This document shows positions 55,965 through 64,000 of a stretch of 64,000 bases of DNA, piece after piece. The notes under the pieces were generated by a model. That model saw only the letters and a program-made list of their open reading frames with translations, had not been told where the DNA came from and searched no databases. The translations under genes were made by a program, and so were the position numbers. Positions within the stretch are counted from its first letter, which is position 1; each line of letters opens with the position of its first letter. The DNA comes from Thecamonas trahens ATCC 50062 (lineage: Eukaryota > Protista > Apusomonadida): positions 6,159-70,158 of the forward strand of contig NW_013657612.1 in the NCBI RefSeq assembly GCF_000142905.1, written 5' to 3'.

Positions 55965-56237
55965 GGCGGTAGCGGTGGTGGTGGTGGTGGTGGTGGTGGT
56001 AGTAGTGGTGGTGGTGGTGTGTGTGGTGTGTGTGGTGTGTGATGGTGGTGCTGGTGGGGGCAGGGAAGGGGGTGGGGGTGGGGGTGGGAGGGGAGGGGTG
56101 CCGTCCGACGTGGCGGGTGGTGGGCGGGGAGGGAGTGGCGGTGGCTGGCGGCGAATGGCGCGGTGGCTGTGTTTGGGAGGGGGGGGTGGTGGTGGCAGTC
56201 GTGGTGAATGGCGCGAGTGGCTGTGTTGGGCGGGGGG

Positions 56238-56378
56238 NNNNNNNNNNNNNNNNNNNNNNNNNNNNNNNNNNNNNNNNNNNNNNNNNNNNNNNNNNNNNNN
56301 NNNNNNNNNNNNNNNNNNNNNNNNNNNNNNNNNNNNNNNNNNNNNNNNNNNNNNNNNNNNNNNNNNNNNNNNNNNNNN
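56238..56378. other. Assembly gap (141 N)
   Basis: N run. Confidence 1.
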
Positions 56379-56420
56379 ACCCCATCGCCACGACACACCA
56401 CCGCACCCGACGAGCTCTCC

Positions 56421-58461
56421 ATGAGCGACGACTACAGCGACGAGTCTGGAGTGGTAGTATCGTTGGAGGACATTGTTGCCGGAGCCCTTGCCCGCCAAGA
56501 CGCCGCCTTTGCTGCCGAGCGTGCCCAGTGGGAGACGGCGCTCACCACGGCGCTCGGCCGCAACCTCCCGCACACCACCTCGGGCGAGCCCGACTGGGCT
56601 GCTCTCGCCTATCTCATCCCCGCACCACACCCCTTTCCCTCTCCACACACCACACCTCTCGCCACACATCCCGATCCCTCGCCGCATCCCGATCCCTCGC
56701 CGCATCCCGATCCCTCGCCGCATCCCGATCCCTCGCCGCATCCCGATCCCTCGCCGCATCCCGATCCCTCGCTGCATCCCGATCCCTCGCTGCATCCCGA
56801 TCCCTCGCCGCATCCCGCCCGCCCTCGCCCCGCACGCAGCGCCGCCACGAAAGAGAGCTACAAGCTGAGCTCCATCGTCAGTCGGCAGCCCGCTCGGCTG
56901 CCTCCCGCTCAGAGTCCACTCCTGCTCGATCACTTCCTGATCAGAGCGATGACACAAGTGCGCCTGGCCTCCATGATACACCCGAGCCTGGGAGACGAGG
57001 GCAGCATGTCCAGCCGCCATCACGCGCGTTGCCTCGACACGACTGTGCTCGGTGTGGAGAGGCGGCGGCTCAGGCGGCGGCCGACGGGTTCATCATCTCT
57101 CAGCTCGAGGCTGTGCTCGTCAAGCAGCGGGTCCGGTTCATGGCCCAGCACGATGCGCTCGTCTCTGACATGCTGTGGCTCAAGGCAGGCACTGACGCCG
57201 CCGATGCCAACGCCGGAGAACTGGCGCTGCCCGACGCCCAGCAGAGGGCCCTCGCCGCGCTGCACAACCAGATCGCCTTTCTTCGCTCGGCCAACGCCGA
57301 GCTCGAGGCCCAATCGAGCTCGCCCATGCGCAGTGCTTTCCTCAGCCGCACAGCCGCACTCCCCACAGCCTCGCCGTCATCACCCGCCGCCGTCGCGGCC
57401 GCCGCGCTCAAAGCCCAGGCCGAGTGGGCCGACGAGTGGGAGACCGAGCGCGGCCTCTATCTCGCCCACATCGACGAGCTCACCGCAGACAACCGCGATC
57501 TGCTTGCCGCCGTCTCGGAGCTCCAGTCAGCACTCAACATTGTCCACGACACTCCACCAAGCCCCCACGTTCGCCACACTCTCCGGCCCGAGCGCGCGCC
57601 GCCGTCGCCGCCGCTGCCGCCATCATCTCGCCGTCGTATGCTCCGCGGTTCCCGGCACAGACGCCGGACAAGCGGGTCTCGGCTCGCACTGCAGCCCTCG
57701 AGCGCAAGGTCGCCATCCTCCAGCGCTCGCTCGAGGATGCCCGCGCCGCCGCCGCCCACCAGATGACCGATCTCACCGCTGTCTACGAGGACTCGCTCGC
57801 CCTCCACAAGACGGCATCCGCCGCCGCCCTCGAGGCTGCCGACGACGCCGCAGCCGCCCACGAGCGAGAGGCCGCCCTTGAGGTCGAGGGTCTCCTCGCC
57901 CACATCAACACCCTCGAGGAGCAACTCGCCGAGGAGCGCGCACGCTCGCAGCGCTCTGCCGTCGCCGCAGACCCGCCTCCACAGCACTCTGCACACCCTC
58001 TGCCCGATCCGAGCCGCGTCCGCGAGATGATGATGCACCTCCGCGCCCGCGCCCGCGAGATCCGCCGTCTGCAGAACGCACTCGCCGCAGCACGGAGCGA
58101 CAAGGACTCGGCGCTTGCCGCCGCTGCCGCCAAGCATGACCGCATGCGCGCTGCTGCCGATGCCGAGGCAGCCGCATGGGCGGAAGCCCGCCAGGCCCTT
58201 CTCGCCGAGCTCGCCCTCGTCCGCGAGCGCGAGGCTCGCCTCAAGCGCGACCTCCGCGCCGCAGAAGACAAGCATCGTGAGCTCCTCACCTCGCCCGCCC
58301 GACTCACTCGCTCGCCCTCTATCGACATCCGCGCCACCGTCGAAAAGTTCTCCAAGCAAGCCGAGGAGTGGCGCTCCAAGTACCTCGAGCTGGCCCTCTC
58401 CATCGACCCCGCCGCCCTCTCCAGCCACGCCTCGATCTCGGCCTCAGCAACAACCGAGTAG
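56421..58461 (+). CDS. Hypothetical coiled-coil protein; probable short intron 56958-57013 and a -1 break at ~57590
   Basis: ATG at 56421 (MSDDYSDE). The coding-like frame switches twice. The first switch is explained by a 56-nt GTGCGC...CCAG intron, the second needs one extra base. Long heptad-rich helices run to the TAG at 58461. Confidence 0.6.
56667..56816 (+). repeat. 18-nt tandem repeat CATCCCGATCCCTCGCCG x8 (HPDPSP)
   Basis: Read directly. Confidence 0.95.
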
Positions 58462-58716
58462 CCCCCTCCACACCTACCATCCGGCGCCATCGCCACACCA
58501 TCAGTACCGTACTGATGATGTGTAGTACATCCCAAAAAATCTGGCTCATGCCCTTCCCCGTCCGCCCGTCCCCGGCAACACTGCTCTCGCTCCGCCGCCT
58601 GCCTCTCCGCGACACATGCTCCCCACCAGAACACGACTCCCGCCGGTATGGGCTTCAGGCGACGCTGCCCTGACTCGCTCACAGCTAATCTGCACCCGCC
58701 ACTCGGGCAAGTGCTC

Positions 58717-59671
58717 ATGCATGCATATCAATACTACCATCACCTCTCGGACAAGGTCAAACACTAGCCGTTCCCGCAATCCGTATCATACCGCCGTTCA
58801 GGCGCCAGACGGCCTCGACTCGCAAAATTTGAACAACGCTCAACTGCGGACCCTCGTGGCCACCATTCTCCAACCGACTCTCTCGCCGCCGTTTCGCGCT
58901 CATCTGGAAACTGGCGAGCTCGATGACGTTATCGACGACATAATGAGCCTTTGTGAGGTTGCGGCGGTGGCTGCGCATGATGGATGTGAGTTTCCGGATG
59001 ACGTCGTCAACGAGAGCAAGGCTATGGCGGCCGTCGCGGATCACCTCGCTTCCCTCGTCCTCGCCCGCCCCTTCAATCTCGCCTATCGCAAGGCGCTGAG
59101 AGTAGCCGGCGCTGGCAAGGAGAACAGCGCTCCTCCGGCCATGGTCTCGTCGCGCCGTTCGGCCAAGAACGTCTCGCTCGTGGGCCTCGCTCGCGACTCT
59201 TCCGCCCGCTCTGATCGCTCCGCCACCACCGCTGTTGCTGCGACTGCCGCCGCCGCTGCTGTGACCGGCTCGCTTGCGCCGCCATCGTGTACTCTCCGCG
59301 GCCTCCCGCACATTGTCAAGCCGCGAATCAAGCGGGATCGCCCGCGGGACATCGACTTGGACGAGACCAGCTACTACACTTGCCTGGAGAAGTTTGTCAC
59401 TCTCATGGCTGTCAGGAGGTTCGACAAAGCGTCCCACCCCGCGCTTCACGCACTCATCGCCGACCTCTTCCACTCGCACCTTTACGCCGCTCGCCACCAC
59501 GCCATCGTCGAAGACGGCGTAGCCCGGCTCAGGCTCGACGAGCGACCGGTCGCTGCCTCACGCCGCATCCGGCTCTCTGCCCACACCACCACCCGCGCAC
59601 TCGCTACCAAGCTCCCGTCGTCGCACGATCGCATGGCCGCGCTCCTCGCCGCCCAGGCCCGTCTCCGCTGA
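58717..59671 (+). CDS. Hypothetical protein (start uncertain)
   Basis: Open frame with protein-like helical segments (ELDDVIDDIMSLCEV; YYTCLEKFVTLM); no family recognised. Confidence 0.5.
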
Positions 59672-59683
59672 CCGCTGTCCGCG

Positions 59684-62600
59684 TTACACCACCGCCGCCA
59701 GGCAATCCTTGAACACCTTGGGCAGCCTCGCTGTGTCGAGCACCACAAAGGCCTTGGTCCGGTCCACCTCTTCCAGCAGCCGCTCGGCGTCGTCAGGCGA
59801 GGCGATGAACATGGCAAACACGTTGACGTCGGCTGCAGAGTTGAGGACCCGCGCAAGGACCCGCGAGGAGATACCGTACGCCGCCACGTTGGCGTCAGAC
59901 ACCACAAAGGTAAAGTGGTCATCGCCGTCACGCGCGCTCGCAAGCTCGATGCCCAGCGCTGCAGACGCGAGCGTGTTGTCGCCCGACATGGCAAACGACG
60001 CGTTCCAGTACATTGTCCGCACCACACTAAGCTTCTCGTCCAGCGTCGTCGGCGGCGCACCAAACGCCACCAGCGGAATGTGCGGCGACTCACCGTCGTG
60101 CCCAATCATGGCATACTCGTACTTGGCCTCAAAACCTGCAAACGCCTCCATCAACATCACCGCCGTCGCCACAAGCCGGTCCAGCCGCCGATCCGCCCCG
60201 TTAAAGTGGCCCATCGACGACGAGAGGTCCAGCACAAACACAAAGACCTTGGGCTTGGTCTGGAACAGGCCTGCCTCGTCCGCAACCCCGCGCCGCTTGT
60301 ACACCGCGGCCTCGCCGGCGACAGAGTCCACAAGCTTGGCCTCGTCGAGCTCGCCAAATACCTGGCCCTTGAGCCACACACGCTCCTTCTCCTTCGCCTC
60401 GGCGCCGGCGAGCACCACTCGCAGCTGCGCGATCTCACTCGCGACCGCAGAGTATAGGTCCGAGTACGCCGCCTCGTCAAACCCGACGTTGTTGGCCTCG
60501 TCTGGGACCTCCTTCGGCACCGCACCCGCTGCCGCTTCACGCGCGCTTGCCACCACACTCGCCACCTCTTCGTCGCTCATCTCAGCCAGGTTTGCCAGCG
60601 AGCCGCCGCGCGGGTGTGCGTTGCTACCGGTCCGCGCCTCGACCCGCGCACGGATCTTTGCCTCCAGCCCTGCACTTCCGCTTGCCTCTTCACCGCGGAT
60701 GTTGAACAGCATGTCCAGTAGCGGGGTCACCGAGCTGCCCGGTCCACCCGAGCTCGACGAGCCCGAACTCGACGAGCGCGACCCTCCGCCCGAACCGCCC
60801 GAACCACCGGAGCCACCAGAGCCACCGGAGCCGCCCGAGCCCTCTCCACCCGAGCCGCCGTCTCCAGCCCCGCCCTGACCGCCACCACCGCTTCCGCCCC
60901 GCTCTCCATTCCCGCCCCTACTGCCGCCCCCGCCGTCGTCGTCGAACCCGCCCGGCATCCCGCCAAAGTCGGCAGCCCGATCTGCTGCGGCCACACCCCG
61001 CACAAATCGCACAATCCGGACGTGGCCGTCGGCCTGGACCACCGCCACCAGATCGCCCTCGAGTGGCGCAACAGCCACTATACCCGCTAGTGCTGCTGAC
61101 GGCCGTGGGCCGCTAGCGCCACCGCCTCTACCGGCGCCCAGCGTCGAGAACCGCCGCTTCAGCCGCGTCTCCACCGTCAGTTGCGCCACCCGTCCCCGGG
61201 CCAGCTCGATCCACTCGAGCCCAAGCACGTCCGGCGTTGCTGACGCCACAAGCAGTGCTGGCCCACCGGCAGAGGAAGACCAGACCGGAGCGTACGCCCG
61301 CGACTCGCGGCTTGCCCGCGGCCGCGACAGCTCGTTCGCCTCGCTCCGCGGCCAGCCGACCATCCGGCGGCCGCCCACCACTGCAGCGTGGACCTGCGCG
61401 TCGCTGACGACCACCTCGCGCGAGGACGGCACGCCGCTGCACGCGCCGAACCACTTCCCATCGTCCAGCGGCGGACGAAGGCCACCGATGCCATTGTGGA
61501 AGACCCCCGGGTTGTACTGCATCTTGGCGCTTGTCCAAACCACCTTGCGCACCCCGACGAGTTGGCCGCGCGTCCCGATTTCGGCCTCCACCTTAGCTTC
61601 CCACCACATCCGGCGCTGCGAGTCGGCCGCACCGATGACCACCCGCACAGTTCCGGAGCCCGTCGTGGTGGCGGCCAAAAGCGCAAGCGCAGACAGGCTG
61701 CTGCCACCAGGCACCGCCAACCATGCCACACCTGCTGCACTCGTCGAAGAAGTCGAGAACCCGGCCGCAAGGCCTAGCACACTTCCGCCGTCCTCGTACA
61801 GCAGCACAAGACCACATGTACCCAGGAGCCCACCCCATAGCGTCAGTGTCGGCACGCGCTCGCGAGCTGGTGGCTTGACCGAGTACACCGTCACATCACC
61901 ACTTGCCAGCGCCACCGCCAGCACCAGCTCCCGACCGGCGTCCCACACCAGCGCCATGTCGCCAGACGGAGCGAGCGCGAGCGACGGGCTTCGCGCCCGG
62001 GACACCTCGCGCGAGTCATGGACCGCCTTGCCAAGGTCGATGCTGCGGACGACGAGGCCACCAGGAACAAGGGTATACACCACAAGCCGGAACGGCTCAT
62101 TTGTGAGAACCACAACAGTGCCGCGTCCGTCGCTCGCTCCATCGACGATGTGCGATGCGCCAGGCACACCGCTGTCGCCTCGCGCGTCGGCATCCAGCGG
62201 ATCGTACGGATCGACATACCAGTCGCAGAGCGCCTCGGCAAAGGCCGAGCCGCCGACGGTCGTTCGCCGGCGGGCAAGCGAGCGGCTTCCATCGCCGCCC
62301 ACCGTGCTGACTTTGAACGGCCTGTACCGGAACGACATCTGGGCCCGGGCCGCCGGGACCGGGCCGGCCACATGCTCCTCCACCGTACCCGACATGCTCA
62401 CCAGCAGGACCGGCGGCGGGAGTTCAACAACGCTGCCTGCGCCCGATGCCGAGCCCGGGTCGCCGTCGGCGTTGCGGGCGGCAAGGACTGAGTCGATGGG
62501 CACGCCCGAGCGGAAGAGCACCTCGACCACATTGTCCATCAGTAGCGGATCGGCAGCGTCAAAGGCAAGCACGTTGTCAAGCACCTCACCTACATCGTCG

Positions 62601-64000
62601 CGAGGATACGCCTGCAAGTGCTTGACGACATTGACCAGCTCGCGGGTCGAGTACGGATACGAGAGCAGGCCGGCGTCGACGAGCTCACGGAGCTCGCAGA
62701 ACGCGACCGAGAGCGCAGTGAGAAGGTCGCGCGGGACGGCTGGACCGTAGGCGGCAAGCAGCGCAACCTCCGACTCGGTATCGGGATTGTCAACAACATG
62801 GACAGCAAAGACATCGCCCATGACCGCGAAGAAGTCGTTACCGAGGAACGGAAAGCCGGGCCGGTTGGCGAGGGCGATGACTCGAAAGTCGGGCGAAATG
62901 TGGATCGCACCCGGCGGCGCAGTACCAGCGGCAGATGGCGCCACAAAGATCCGTCCATCGGCGAGCTCAATGACGCCATCTTGCAGAAGCGCCTTGAGGA
63001 CACACACCACCTGGGTCGGCGCCTTGTCGGCCTCGTCGATGACAAGCACCGCGCCGGAGATCATGGCTTTGACCAGCGGCGAGTCATCGTACGAGAGCAC
63101 GCCACCGGTGAGGACCGGGGTGACGGTAAGGCCCGCGACAGTTGTGTCGCGGTGAAGCTGGATGTACTGTCGCTCGCGGTTCATCAGCTGCAGCAGCCGG
63201 TCGGCCAGCTTGTTCTTGCCAGTCCCCTGGTTGCCGATGAGCAGCATGTGCTCGCCGAGGGCAAAGTCCTCCAGCATGTCCTCCAGCAGCAGCATGTGTC
63301 GTGGAATGTCGTAGAACTCGATCGACGGAACCAGCGCAGGTGACGCCGGTGTCCAGAGCGAGATCGAAGCGCGCCCGATGGTGAGCATGTCACCATGGAT
63401 CTCCGCTGCTGGTGCAGACAATAGTTGCTGTGTTGCGGCACTTGGTGGCTCAAGACCGCCCGCTTCGATCACCTCATCGACAAGCTTGGCCTGCTCGGCA
63501 GGCATGAACCGAACTAGCAGAGTCGAGTAGAGAGCAGGGACCAGTCGTTTCGGCGCGACTTGTGCCTTGTGCACCAGCCGTGCCGTCTGTCGCAGCGAGA
63601 GAACGACGTCGAGTGGAATCGATGCGTCGGCGGCAACGGCAGCGAGGCCGTCGGCCACACGGGCAAGAGCGTCCAGGGCCAGACTGCTCCTCGCCCGTGC
63701 GAGCATCTCTGCTCGCGACACAGACGTGGCCGCAGGCAGGATGGTATGAAAGTGGAACGAAGCTAGGGCAAAGCCGTCGAGCCATCCACCCGTCTCAGCT
63801 CGCGGCGCGCCTGGAGGCGCGTTGGCAGCGGCCTCGACTGGCGGGACAGCCAGCGCCACAAGCGCAAAGCTGTCAGCGATGGGGACGACGCCGGCAGAAG
63901 CCTCGAGCTCATCGAGACGCAGGCCGGCTTCGTCGGCGAGGGCGAGTGCGCGGGCGCGGGCCACAAACTTGCGGCCTGACGGCATGACAAGCTCGCGGTG
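59684..64000 (-). CDS. VWA8: VWA8 (AAA+ ATPase with C-terminal VWA domain), 5'-partial
   Basis: FALGEHMLLIGNQGTGKNKLADRLLQL..YIQLHRDTTV..LVIDEADKAP..LANRPGFPFLGNDFF..YPYSTRELV; Gly-rich linker; EAKEKERVWLK..GELD; VWA DLSSSM..GDNT..SDAN. Confidence 0.95.
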   Translation of the reverse strand, partial: HRELVMPSGRKFVARARALALADEAGLRLDELEASAGVVPIADSFALVALAVPPVEAAANAPPGAPRAETGGWLDGFALASFHFHTILPAATSVSRAEMLARARSSLALDALARVADGLAAVAADASIPLDVVLSLRQTARLVHKAQVAPKRLVPALYSTLLVRFMPAEQAKLVDEVIEAGGLEPPSAATQQLLSAPAAEIHGDMLTIGRASISLWTPASPALVPSIEFYDIPRHMLLLEDMLEDFALGEHMLLIGNQGTGKNKLADRLLQLMNRERQYIQLHRDTTVAGLTVTPVLTGGVLSYDDSPLVKAMISGAVLVIDEADKAPTQVVCVLKALLQDGVIELADGRIFVAPSAAGTAPPGAIHISPDFRVIALANRPGFPFLGNDFFAVMGDVFAVHVVDNPDTESEVALLAAYGPAVPRDLLTALSVAFCELRELVDAGLLSYPYSTRELVNVVKHLQAYPRDDVGEVLDNVLAFDAADPLLMDNVVEVLFRSGVPIDSVLAARNADGDPGSASGAGSVVELPPPVLLVSMSGTVEEHVAGPVPAARAQMSFRYRPFKVSTVGGDGSRSLARRRTTVGGSAFAEALCDWYVDPYDPLDADARGDSGVPGASHIVDGASDGRGTVVVLTNEPFRLVVYTLVPGGLVVRSIDLGKAVHDSREVSRARSPSLALAPSGDMALVWDAGRELVLAVALASGDVTVYSVKPPARERVPTLTLWGGLLGTCGLVLLYEDGGSVLGLAAGFSTSSTSAAGVAWLAVPGGSSLSALALLAATTTGSGTVRVVIGAADSQRRMWWEAKVEAEIGTRGQLVGVRKVVWTSAKMQYNPGVFHNGIGGLRPPLDDGKWFGACSGVPSSREVVVSDAQVHAAVVGGRRMVGWPRSEANELSRPRASRESRAYAPVWSSSAGGPALLVASATPDVLGLEWIELARGRVAQLTVETRLKRRFSTLGAGRGGGASGPRPSAALAGIVAVAPLEGDLVAVVQADGHVRIVRFVRGVAAADRAADFGGMPGGFDDDGGGGSRGGNGERGGSGGGGQGGAGDGGSGGEGSGGSGGSGGSGGSGGSGGGSRSSSSGSSSSGGPGSSVTPLLDMLFNIRGEEASGSAGLEAKIRARVEARTGSNAHPRGGSLANLAEMSDEEVASVVASAREAAAGAVPKEVPDEANNVGFDEAAYSDLYSAVASEIAQLRVVLAGAEAKEKERVWLKGQVFGELDEAKLVDSVAGEAAVYKRRGVADEAGLFQTKPKVFVFVLDLSSSMGHFNGADRRLDRLVATAVMLMEAFAGFEAKYEYAMIGHDGESPHIPLVAFGAPPTTLDEKLSVVRTMYWNASFAMSGDNTLASAALGIELASARDGDDHFTFVVSDANVAAYGISSRVLARVLNSAADVNVFAMFIASPDDAERLLEEVDRTKAFVVLDTARLPKVFKDCLAAVV

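Noticed and set aside
55965-57023. N-terminal extension of RNF121
   Set aside because: It crosses an N gap and is the antisense of the neighbouring gene and repeat

Overview
GC-rich, gene-dense, intron-poor eukaryotic nuclear DNA from a flagellated protist. The style and gene set suggest an apusomonad such as Thecamonas trahens, but this is inference. The window holds about 16 protein-coding genes: a membrane-anchored DUF1800-DUF1501 fusion, ATG1/ULK kinase, an unknown coiled-coil ORF cut by a gap, Tudor-SN (SND1), a bacterial-type CoA-disulfide/persulfide reductase-rhodanese fusion with a spliceosomal intron, an inner-arm axonemal dynein heavy chain (DNAH6-like), a PH-domain protein, a candidate PCM1 homologue, RPL12, a six-BRCT PTIP/Brc1/BCP1-like scaffold, a giant CUB-SPRY-HECT E3 ligase, RNF121, three hypothetical proteins and the 3' part of VWA8. 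There are three assembly gaps and several micro/minisatellites. The most notable items are the PCM1-like gene outside animals, two bacterial-type genes adapted to a eukaryotic setting, and seven reading-frame breaks that are all -1 (one base missing). The breaks are most likely sequencing under-calls, which is testable. All homology calls come from motif recognition by eye; no database search was run.
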